From an uncultured Opitutia bacterium (GTDB lineage Bacteria; Verrucomicrobiota; Verrucomicrobiia; Opitutales; Opitutaceae): a DNA stretch of 64,000 bases. A model generated the notes under the pieces. The model was not told the origin of the DNA. It worked only from the letters and a program-made list of their open reading frames with translations, and searched no databases. Of this stretch, positions 19,301 through 29,026 are shown in pieces. Position 1 is the first letter of the stretch. Each line of letters opens with the position of its first letter. A program made the translations under genes and the position numbers. The stretch lies in NCBI GenBank assembly GCA_903873805.1, contig CAIQQB010000106.1, forward strand, positions 102,672 to 166,671. Reading direction: 5' to 3'.

Positions 19301-20759
19301 GAACAGTCACAACGCCGTCGGGTGAGATCTTCCGGATCTTGGTATCCGCCGTGTAGAGGTTGCCGGCTGCGTCAGCGGCGATAAAGGTGCTGCCCGACAA
19401 GTTGTTGCCCGCCTTCATGCTCATGGTGCTCCCACCCCCGTCGGGCCCGATTTTCGAGATGATGTGGGTGCCGCTTTCCATCGCAAAGACTTTGCCCGCT
19501 GCGTTCACTGCCACTCCGCCGGGAAAATGATCGAAATCGATTAGGGTCGTGAAGGTGTAGGGCGTGGCATAATCCAGGGCGCTTTCGGCTGGCGGACTTC
19601 CGATGGTGGTGGACGACGACGGGGCCGATGACGCTGGTGCGGCGACTTGGGCGTCGGTCAGGCCGATGAGGGCGAGGCCGGCGGTGAGGGCGAGCGCGAA
19701 GACCGGCCCGCGGCGGCGGGGGGCGAAGCTGGCGATCTGGCTGATGCGCTGGCGCAGGCGCCGTTTGTCCTCCAGAATGCCCACCAGCCCTGGCGTCATC
19801 GGCTGGGGGACAAAACTTTCCAGGAGGCGGAGGATGGTCCGGCCGTAGGCGGTGTTGTGGCCGGGACCGGCGGCCTCGAGGGCGAGCGCGTCGCAGGCCA
19901 GTTCGCGGTCGGCCCGCCAACGGGCGAACGCGAGCCAGACGAGCGGGTTGAACCAGTGAACGGCCTGGAGCAGCGACAGAAGCCAGTTGACCGGCAGGTC
20001 GCGACGTTTCACGTGGGCGAGTTCGTGCAGTAGGACGTAGTCGAGCTCGGCGGCCGAAAACTTTTGCACAAAGCCGGCGGGCAGCAGCAGGCGGGGCCGC
20101 CAGCAGCCGTAAAGTGCGGGACTGCCGAGCCGGTCGCATTCGTGGATGGGCAGCGGAGCGGCGGCGAGTCCGAGCCGGCGTTGGGCGGTTCGCAGCCGCT
20201 CGTCAACGGCCGGATCGCGCAGGCGGCGTGCGGGCCGGAAGCGCCGGGCGAGCACGATGGTGGAAAGCAGGAGGCAGGCACACATTGCCAGCGCGCCGGT
20301 GAGCCAGAGACCGAGCAGGAGACGCGACCAGTGGAAGGGGGTTGGCGCCGGCGTGGGGGCGGCGGCGGGTGGCGCGGCGGTGGCGACTCCGGAGGCTGGC
20401 GCGGCGCGGGGTGGGGCGGATTCGGCGGAGCTTTCCGTCGGGGCGGCGGGCGCACGGGTGAGCCCGAGGGGCCGGTCGAGGCCGTGCAGCGCCTGGGGAT
20501 CACCGGATATTCCCGGAGGCGGCCGCATGGCGGTTTCGGCCGGGCGGCGAAGAGGCGGGACGAGGTTGAACAGACTGGCCGCGCTGTGGAGTGAAACGGG
20601 GACGAGCAGGCGCGCGGCCACGAGCAGCCAGAGCGCGCACCGCCAGTGGGGTGGGATCTGGCGGCGAAACACGGTTTGCGCCACAAGGATGAGCAGGGCG
20701 AGTGCCCCCGCCTGCGCGGAGCTGCGCCCAAGAGCGGCGAGGAACCCGGAAGCGTTCAT
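16347..20759 (-). CDS. BlaR1/MecR1-like M56 sensor metallopeptidase fused to an NHL-repeat beta-propeller and two tandem secretin-like (GspD/secretin C-terminal-type) modules
   Basis: 1470 aa from the ATG at 20759 (MNASGFLAALGRSSAQAGALALLILVAQ…). The ORF-track start at 21137 would overlap blaI. It carries the M56 HEXXH motif 'LLHELAHVKRRD' and about 6 NHL repeats of the form 'GNVY(I/V)AD..N..(I/V)RK(I/V)TP.GVVTT(L/M)AG'. Two modules follow, each ending in a secretin-like tail; the last is 'RRMLMLITARIVGGS'. Confidence 0.8.
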   Translation of the reverse strand: MNASGFLAALGRSSAQAGALALLILVAQTVFRRQIPPHWRCALWLLVAARLLVPVSLHSAASLFNLVPPLRRPAETAMRPPPGISGDPQALHGLDRPLGLTRAPAAPTESSAESAPPRAAPASGVATAAPPAAAPTPAPTPFHWSRLLLGLWLTGALAMCACLLLSTIVLARRFRPARRLRDPAVDERLRTAQRRLGLAAAPLPIHECDRLGSPALYGCWRPRLLLPAGFVQKFSAAELDYVLLHELAHVKRRDLPVNWLLSLLQAVHWFNPLVWLAFARWRADRELACDALALEAAGPGHNTAYGRTILRLLESFVPQPMTPGLVGILEDKRRLRQRISQIASFAPRRRGPVFALALTAGLALIGLTDAQVAAPASSAPSSSTTIGSPPAESALDYATPYTFTTLIDFDHFPGGVAVNAAGKVFAMESGTHIISKIGPDGGGSTMSMKAGNNLSGSTFIAADAAGNLYTADTKIRKISPDGVVTVLAGNEAAIESGVSIDGVGSAAQFDYPQGIAVDQAGNVYIADALDNTVRKITPTGVVTTLAGLAGKAGSADGLGSAARFNRPMGVAVDEAGNIYVADSHNYTIRKVTPAGLVTTMAGKAGEPGKVDGIGSAARFGRPQLGTGGVDTVFPVGVAVDKAGNVYVADMGNGAVRKITSAGVVTTLGGSRGELISVDGTGSAAQFSSPYGIAVDGAGTVYVTDFGGREVKKGVPAAAPTGVSGASPASRGLPSTADRLEERAFPLSRAKLFRIIGPNVSEADVLPVLIERVAHWGVGFAGVPGSSFVLKGDTLVVRQTAYNLDALAKMLAYCGDPPRTELWTSGGNSANYGGETGRLAFDIQMVDASPEDLRAIDPEKFRTKPSGSPLAPGERFSTGDLILGEFDVAGMVRALEQKSGGRVLGHRSATVSSGMGATMDAGEDQNYRGNDLADILGQSGRRTEWAYTTRVIGNELRAIAVLEEDNHTILLPYISRHTTLTGWLEFPTLSGASPIGPFPVGSTATGSVIKPLFATRETSGKLALWDGATLITSASGRDQMVASPVAGPAGGTAPHFLSLEANPPWPTRGVVTFTTVRVVTPGRAATAVTPVEADPPAPAAIPSGLSRATFALPREAMETLLKFKENNPGDPFDDDPPAAKPRAELEWFKRQGVDFASVPGASLTFTGTGIRVTQTAANLEKIRAIAVQLSSRTNVAIEARMVEMSAEDFAALDLGRYLLDGSRPGTLTIPVGSESVDGGSNTPPPLTGRFDIPALLRALTQPPGRSTLLAVPDMIVLPSNRAMASAGSELIYPQSYGETPSPAAPGAAPAPPAGTPQDFTVRALGAELMITVAVDDDGHTIRLKDMNAYMTVLANGAKVGDGDRSIGAEAGNPAWPTGGRPVFEFGDAWGPKFAASTEGDPATNPPKPDEPQVPPQGYPVPDGGTAVFAMVPVKENFAPIRDQHVQITNRSLPERRMLMLITARIVGGSGR

Positions 20760-21169
20760 GGCACGGGCCTTTTCTTTTGGGGTTTCGGTGCGCCGGGGGC
20801 TTTCTTGTCGAGCAGGATACGCAACTCGTCCAGGTCCTGCGGGGTGAGATGCTGGCGCTCGACCAGGTGGGCGAGCATCGGGCGGAACGAACCGCCGAAC
20901 ACGCGCTCGACAAAGCTCTCGCTGGCCGCCGCCACGCAGTCGGCCTCGGAAACGAGCGGGATGTAGGCATAGGCCCGGCCCTGCGGCTGGTAGCCGAGCG
21001 CCTTCTTCTGGACGAGGCGGGCGAGCAGCGTGCGGGCGGTCTTGGGGTGCCAGCTGGGATCGCGCGCTGTGAGTGTGGCGATGATGTTGGCGGCGGTGGC
21101 GGGGCTGCGGGCCCACACCACGCGCATCAGCTCCCATTCAGTGTCGGAAATACGCGGGGCGGTCTTCAT
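20756..21169 (-). CDS. BlaI/MecI/CopY-family transcriptional repressor (winged helix), translationally coupled to the BlaR1-like gene
   Basis: 137 aa from the ATG at 21169 (MKTAPRISDTEWELMRVVWARSPATAANIIATLTAR…). The stop TGA (20758-20756) overlaps the blaR1 start ATG (20759-20757) as ATGA. Confidence 0.85.
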   Translation of the reverse strand: MKTAPRISDTEWELMRVVWARSPATAANIIATLTARDPSWHPKTARTLLARLVQKKALGYQPQGRAYAYIPLVSEADCVAAASESFVERVFGGSFRPMLAHLVERQHLTPQDLDELRILLDKKAPGAPKPQKKRPVP

Positions 21170-21338
21170 GGGTGACGCCCACAATTGTAATCCATAGCGG
21201 CACGTCAAGACTACAAATGTAGTTTATGCCAGGTTTTAATCAGGGCTGATCGGATGGATCGTGGCGGGCCGCGGTTCAATTCACTTCGGGGAGCGCGACG
21301 TCCTGGCTCGCCTGGCTTTAGCCGCCTTGGTGAGAAAT

Positions 21339-21362
21339 GTGGGCGGAGTGCCCTCACCCCGC
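21339..21362. mobile_element. solitary REP unit (gtgggcggagtgccctcaccccgc), one mismatch relative to the REPIN arms
   Basis: Same hairpin and same upstream 'gaaa(a)atgtgggcgg' context as the REP at 16151. It lies in the intergenic region between blaI and the DHFR-like gene. Confidence 0.7.
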
Positions 21363-21497
21363 GGGTTTGGCCGGACAAACCGGGGCGGGGGCGCCCCGGC
21401 TCCAGGGTGCAGACGCGGCGCGCTTGGTGGCGTATTCATTTCGGACTGGAAATAGCGCGCGCTTGCGGCGCGGCGGAGGGCCGCCAAGCTGCGCCCC

Positions 21498-22025
21498 ATG
21501 CGCGTTGTCCTCATCGCCGTCCAGTCGCTGGACGGATTCATCACCCGCCATGACCGGCCGGGGGCCGGGTTTGCCTCGGCGGCGGATCAGGCGCATTTTC
21601 GCGCGGCCCTGCCGGAGTTCGACTGCGCGGTGATGGGACGGGTGACTTTTGAAACGGCACACGCGTCCGGCCCGGCACTGGCCAATCCGGTCCGGCGGCG
21701 GGTGGTGCTCACACGCACGCCCGGGCGCCACGCGGCCTCGGCCGTGCCTGGCGCCCTGGAATTCACCTCGGCCGGTCCGGCGGAGATCATCGCGAAGCTC
21801 CGATCCGACGGGTGCCGGGCCTGTGCGCTGCTGGGCGGCGGTCAGGTGCACCGGCTGTTTCTCGCCGCGGGTCTGGTGGATGAGGTTTGGCTGACGGTCG
21901 AGCCGCGCCTGTTCGGCGGCGGCACGCCCCTGCTGGCGGGTCCGGCGGACGTGGCGCTGGAGTTGCGGTCACATGCGCTGCTGGATGCCAACACGCTGCT
22001 GCTGAAATACGCGGTGCGGCGCTGA
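21498..22025 (+). CDS. dihydrofolate reductase-like / RibD C-terminal domain reductase
   Basis: 175 aa; 'MRVVLIAVQSLDGFITRHD…' and 'LLGGGQVHRLFLAAGLVDEVWLTVEPRLFG' match the RibD_C/DHFR fold. Confidence 0.75.
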   Translation: MRVVLIAVQSLDGFITRHDRPGAGFASAADQAHFRAALPEFDCAVMGRVTFETAHASGPALANPVRRRVVLTRTPGRHAASAVPGALEFTSAGPAEIIAKLRSDGCRACALLGGGQVHRLFLAAGLVDEVWLTVEPRLFGGGTPLLAGPADVALELRSHALLDANTLLLKYAVRR

Positions 22026-22069
22026 GCCGCGAACGCGGGCAACCGAACGACCGGATCGGAACACCCGGG

Positions 22070-22094
22070 GACGCGACGCCCTCGTCGCGTTTCT
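22070..22094 (+). terminator. putative intrinsic terminator after the DHFR-like gene (acgcgacg-ccct-cgtcgcgt followed by ttct)
   Basis: An 8-bp GC-rich stem with a 4-nt loop and a short T tract, 45 nt after the stop codon. Confidence 0.4.
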
Positions 22095-22176
22095 ATGGGC
22101 GAGATCCGACCGGGGCGGGGCGCCAAGGCCCCAGATCGGAAACGGCCCGTCGTAATTCCCGCCACTCCCTCCGCAC

Positions 22177-22890
22177 TCAGATCGAGAAATCGCCGGGCTC
22201 GTGGAGGCCGCACTCGCGCTTGGCGTCGCCGCCGCGGGTGTCCGCCTCGGTCATGCCCGGCTCCAGTTTCTTCGTGCTGTGCCAGTCGCCAACGGAAACG
22301 TAGCCCTGTTCCCACAGCGGGTGATACGGCAGGTCGTTGGCCTTGAGGTAGCGGTGGACCTGGCGGTTGTCCCAGTCGATGATCGGATAAACCTTGGTGA
22401 TCCGGTTCTGCGTTTCCACGACAGGCCGCGCTTCGCGCGTCCCCGCCTGCGAACGGCGCAGACCGGCCAGCCAGGCGGTCGCGCGCAATTCGCGCATCGC
22501 CCGGTCCCGCGGCTCGACCTTGTTGACGTACTTGTATTGCCGCAGCGCCTCGCCGTCGGCCTCCCAGCGTTTGCCGAAGAGCGCCTCCTGCTGGGCGGCG
22601 GTCATCGCGGGGCGGTAGGTTTTGAGATTCAGCTTCAGGCGGTCGGTGAGTTCCTGGGCGAACCGATAGGTCTCCGGGAACAGGTAGCCGGTGTCGATGA
22701 ACACCACGGGAATTTCCGGCGCAATCCGCGTCACCAGATGGAGCATGACGGCGGACTGGATACCGAAACTGGTCGTGAGGACCAGACCGTTGCCAAAGGT
22801 TTCCACCGCCCAACGGGCGCGCTCCTCGGCCCCCGCCCGCTCAAGATCGGGGACGGCGGGAAGAACGGCGGCTGCGGAAGAGGCGGGCAT
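22177..22890 (-). CDS. cysH: phosphoadenosine phosphosulfate (PAPS) reductase
   Basis: 237 aa. '[18 protein letters not shown]', '[15 protein letters not shown]' and the C-terminal 'KRECGLHEP' are all CysH signatures. Confidence 0.9.
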   Translation of the reverse strand: MPASSAAAVLPAVPDLERAGAEERARWAVETFGNGLVLTTSFGIQSAVMLHLVTRIAPEIPVVFIDTGYLFPETYRFAQELTDRLKLNLKTYRPAMTAAQQEALFGKRWEADGEALRQYKYVNKVEPRDRAMRELRATAWLAGLRRSQAGTREARPVVETQNRITKVYPIIDWDNRQVHRYLKANDLPYHPLWEQGYVSVGDWHSTKKLEPGMTEADTRGGDAKRECGLHEPGDFSI

Positions 22891-22905
22891 CGGAAGATAA
22901 AACAG

Positions 22906-22929
22906 TTACTTAGGACATGTCCTAAGTAA
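22906..22929. promoter_or_regulatory. perfect 24-bp palindrome TTACTTAGGACATGTCCTAAGTAA, 16 nt upstream of the cysH start; a second perfect 14-bp palindrome TCCTTGATCAAGGA lies at 22952-22965
   Basis: Read directly from the sequence. It sits in an AT-rich island in the cysH 5' region and is a candidate operator for a dimeric regulator. Confidence 0.5.
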
Positions 22930-23023
22930 AGTTGAAAGTCGATGAAGCTGGTCCTTGATCAAGGATAGGCTTGGAGTGGAATAGGTTTAGTAAGCAGGTG
23001 CCTACGCACTGTTTGCTGCTAAA

Positions 23024-23044
23024 GCGGGGTGAGGGCACCCCGCC
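23024..23044. mobile_element. solitary REP unit (gcggggtgagggcaccccgcc) downstream of valS
   Basis: Identical hairpin core to the REPIN arm at 16223-16246. Confidence 0.7.
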
Positions 23045-23066
23045 TGCATCGAATTGCGAGCACCAC

Positions 23067-25772
<2,706 letters not shown>

Positions 25773-25916
25773 GGGACGATGGGAAAGCGGTGAAGCAACC
25801 AGCCACCGCGCCCGCTGGCAAGCGTGCAGCGCGGGAGGCGTCGGTGGGGCAAACTGGTGGCGGCCGTCGCCAATTCTCCTCCGCCCGCCCTCAAGGGCAC
25901 GGCTCGCTCCCGCGAA

Positions 25917-25948
25917 CATGTCAACTATTGGTTGACGTGTTCGTGGGA
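25917..25948. promoter_or_regulatory. conserved 32-nt motif catgtcaac-tattgg-ttgacgtgttcgtggga in the valS/glnD divergent intergenic region; a second copy lies at 39524..39555
   Basis: Two copies share 'catgtcaac' and 'gacgtgttcgtggga' flanks, but the central 'CAACCAATAGT' core is reverse-complemented between them. Confidence 0.5.
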
Positions 25949-26110
25949 CCAAGGGCGGCCGATGACTGGAGGCGGCGCGCGCGAGTGAACCGAGGCTTAG
26001 CCGCTCGCGTGGCCCTCGCCGCGATCAGCAAAACCTCGGGGGGCAATCACCCCAGCAGGCAATTTCGCGCTTTGCTCCGCGCCCGGTTTTCCCCTTGCCT
26101 GCCCGCGTTC

Positions 26111-28909
26111 ATGACCGGCCGCATCCAAAAACACGCCCTCGAGCGCCTGAATTTCGCGGGGGAAGTCCCCACGGCGAAGCGTCTGGCCGCCTGCAAGACC
26201 TTCCTGCGGCTGGAAAGCGCCATGATCCGGATGCACCACGACGGCGGCGAGTCCGGCTTGGTGGTGGCCCGCGCCCGGGCCGCGATGGTGGACGTGATGC
26301 TTTCCCACCTGTTTGACTATGCGCTGGCGGACTATGTGCGGCGGCGGGGCGAGCCGCCGGCCCCAGTGGCACTGCTGGCCCTCGGTGGCTACGGGCGGGG
26401 CGAGCTGAGCCCGCTGAGCGACATCGACATCATGTTCCTGTTTCCCTCGAAGGTGAAGCCGACGGCGGTCAAGCCCCTGCAGGAGCAGCTGATCAACGAA
26501 ATCCTCTATGTGCTCTGGGACTGCGGCCTGAAGGTCGGGCATTCCACCCGGACCCTCGACGACGTTTTTGTCGAGGCACGCCGGGACATCCAGACCAAGA
26601 CCGCGCTGATCGAGGCGCGGCTGATTGCGGGCTCCGCCACCTTGTACGAGGGTTTCGCCCAGGCCTTCCGGCAGTTTTACACGACGGAAAAGCCGCTCGC
26701 CTACATCGCCATCCGGCTCGAGGACCAGGCGGCCCGTCGGGCCAAGTACGGGGGCACAGTCTTCCTGCAGGAGCCGGACATCAAGAACGGGGTCGGCGGC
26801 CTGCGCGACTACCAGAACGCCCTCTGGATGGCCCGGGTGAAGCTGGGCATCCGGGAGATGGGCGAGCTGGCGGCGCAAAATTATCTCCGCCGCAACGAAC
26901 TTCGCGACTTCCAGCGCGCCTACGAGTACCTTCTCCGCGTCCGCAACGAGCTGCATTTCCAAAGCAAGCGCGCCACCGACCTGCTCGACCTGGAGAGCCA
27001 GACCCGCGTGGCCCGCGGGCTGGGGTACGCCCACCGCAACCTGCTCGGCCGGGTGGAGCAGTTCATGCACGACTACTACCGGGCGGCCCAGTCGATCTAC
27101 CGCATCTCCAAGCTGCTGGAAAACCGGCTGGCGCTCGCGTCGGACCAGAAGGAGGGCGGGGCCTTTTCCTTCCGGGCCGCGGTGCGCGCCTACCGGTTCC
27201 AGAAGACGCAGCGGCTGGACGGTTTCATCTTGCGCGGCCGCGAGCTCAGCGCGGAGACCCCGGATGTGTTCAAGGCCGACCCGGTGCGCCTGATCCGCGT
27301 CTTCCGCCACTGCCAGCAGCTGGGAGCGGCCCCGGATTTCGCACTGCAGAATCTGATTCGCGATTCCCGCCCGCTGGTGACGCGCAAGGTCACGCACTCG
27401 CCCGACGCCAACACGAGTTTCCGGGCCATCCTCAGCGAGGCGGGGAATGTCTTCCCCACGCTCAATCTCATGCATGAGCTGGGCATGCTCGGACGGTTCA
27501 TCCCCGAGTTCGACGCGCTGACCTGCCTAGTGCAGCATGAGTTTTACCACCGCTACACGGCCGACGTGCACACGCTCAATGCCATCCGCGAACTCGACCG
27601 GATCTTCGCCGAGGCCGAGCCGATCACGCTCAAATACCGCAAGACCTTGCACGAGACGGCCGATCCGGTGCTTTTGTACCTTATTCTCTTGCTGCATGAT
27701 ATCGGGAAAGCGCGGGGCATCCAAGGGCATGCCGACAGTGGGGTGGAGATCGCCCGGCCGCTGCTTGTCCGCCTGGGCATCACCGGGGACAGTGCCGAAC
27801 TCGTCACATTTATCATCAAGAATCATCTGATTATGGCACGCTTTTGGCAGAAGCGGGACGTAGATGATCCCGCCACCGCCACCGCTTTTGCCGAACTCGT
27901 GCCCGACCCGGAGAAACTCCGGCTGCTCTACGTTCACACATTCTGTGATGCGCGGGGCACCGCCGCGGGTCTGTGGAACAGCTACAAGGACACCCTGCAC
28001 ACCAACCTTTATCTCGCGACCCTGGAACGCCTGATCCATGGCGCCGCACTGGACAGCCGGAACACCGAACGTCTGCAAATGATTCATCAGGACCTCATCA
28101 CCCAAAACATCCCCGGCGTCAGTCCGGAGGAGATCGCGGCGCATTTCAATCTGCTGCCCGAGCGCTATTTCATCCACACCGAACCCGCGGAGATCGCGCT
28201 GCACATCCAGATGGTGAACCGGCTGCTCCAATCGATCGCGCACGCCGACACAGTGGGGACGCTCAAGCCCGTGATTGAATGGAAGGACGACCTCAACCGT
28301 TCGCTCACGGTCGTCAACGTCGTCACCTGGGACCGCGCCGGGTTGTTTTACAAGCTGGCCGGCGCCTTCAGCGTGGCCGGGCTGTCGATCCTCGGCGCCA
28401 AGGTCATCTCGCGGCGCGACCACATCGCGATCGACACCTTCTACGTCATCGATCCCGGCCGCGGTCTGGTGCAGAGCGCCCGGGCGCAGGAGCTTTTTGC
28501 CCGCACGCTGGAGGAGGCGCTGATCCACAACCGGGACCTGCTGCCCGAGATCATCACGCAGGCGCAGAAGATCGCCGGCAGCCGGCTGCTGGCGCTGCCG
28601 GCCGGCGAGGCCCTGCAGTCATCGTTTCCGCCAACGGCGGAGGTGTACCACGAGATTTCGATGCAGCGCACCATCGTCGAGATCCAGGCCCGGGACGAGA
28701 TCGGCCTGCTCTTCCGGCTGGCCAAGACGATCTCCGACCACCAGTTCGACATCACCTTCGCGCGCATCGGCACGGAGCGGGGCATCGCGATCGACACCTT
28801 TTATATTGAAAGCACCAACCGCGAAGTCGCGGACGACGCGGTCCGGCTGCACGCCCTGCGGGATGCGCTGGCCGGAGTGATCGCGACCAAGCAGCTGGCC
28901 GCGGTTTGA
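26111..28909 (+). CDS. glnD: [protein-PII] uridylyltransferase / uridylyl-removing enzyme
   Basis: 932 aa from the ATG at 26111 (MTGRIQKHALERLNF…). It has the nucleotidyltransferase motif 'LLALGGYGRGELSPLSDIDIMFL', the HD domain 'LLLHDIGK' and two C-terminal ACT domains. Confidence 0.9.
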   Translation: MTGRIQKHALERLNFAGEVPTAKRLAACKTFLRLESAMIRMHHDGGESGLVVARARAAMVDVMLSHLFDYALADYVRRRGEPPAPVALLALGGYGRGELSPLSDIDIMFLFPSKVKPTAVKPLQEQLINEILYVLWDCGLKVGHSTRTLDDVFVEARRDIQTKTALIEARLIAGSATLYEGFAQAFRQFYTTEKPLAYIAIRLEDQAARRAKYGGTVFLQEPDIKNGVGGLRDYQNALWMARVKLGIREMGELAAQNYLRRNELRDFQRAYEYLLRVRNELHFQSKRATDLLDLESQTRVARGLGYAHRNLLGRVEQFMHDYYRAAQSIYRISKLLENRLALASDQKEGGAFSFRAAVRAYRFQKTQRLDGFILRGRELSAETPDVFKADPVRLIRVFRHCQQLGAAPDFALQNLIRDSRPLVTRKVTHSPDANTSFRAILSEAGNVFPTLNLMHELGMLGRFIPEFDALTCLVQHEFYHRYTADVHTLNAIRELDRIFAEAEPITLKYRKTLHETADPVLLYLILLLHDIGKARGIQGHADSGVEIARPLLVRLGITGDSAELVTFIIKNHLIMARFWQKRDVDDPATATAFAELVPDPEKLRLLYVHTFCDARGTAAGLWNSYKDTLHTNLYLATLERLIHGAALDSRNTERLQMIHQDLITQNIPGVSPEEIAAHFNLLPERYFIHTEPAEIALHIQMVNRLLQSIAHADTVGTLKPVIEWKDDLNRSLTVVNVVTWDRAGLFYKLAGAFSVAGLSILGAKVISRRDHIAIDTFYVIDPGRGLVQSARAQELFARTLEEALIHNRDLLPEIITQAQKIAGSRLLALPAGEALQSSFPPTAEVYHEISMQRTIVEIQARDEIGLLFRLAKTISDHQFDITFARIGTERGIAIDTFYIESTNREVADDAVRLHALRDALAGVIATKQLAAV

Positions 28910-29026
28910 CCCGTGGCCGGAAGGCCGTGACGGAGCGGTGGAAACCGCCCCCTGTACCAGGCGTCTTCCTGTTGCTATTGCGATTTTGGGCGGCATGCTT
29001 TGTCCAATCCGCCCCTCCCGCACCCC

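Noticed and set aside
20760-21137. 126-aa N-terminal extension of the BlaR1-like ORF (MGADARGVGPQPRHRRQHHRHTH…)
   Set aside because: It overlaps the blaI coding region in another frame and is Arg/Pro/His-rich junk. The start at 20759 (MNASGF…) gives a proper TM N-terminus and an ATGA coupling to blaI.
25790-26110. 107-aa N-terminal extension of glnD, and the 60-aa extension of valS (25773..25952)
   Set aside because: The two extensions cross the divergent intergenic region, including the conserved 32-nt motif, and would overlap each other. The internal ATGs at 26111 and 25772 give canonical N-termini.
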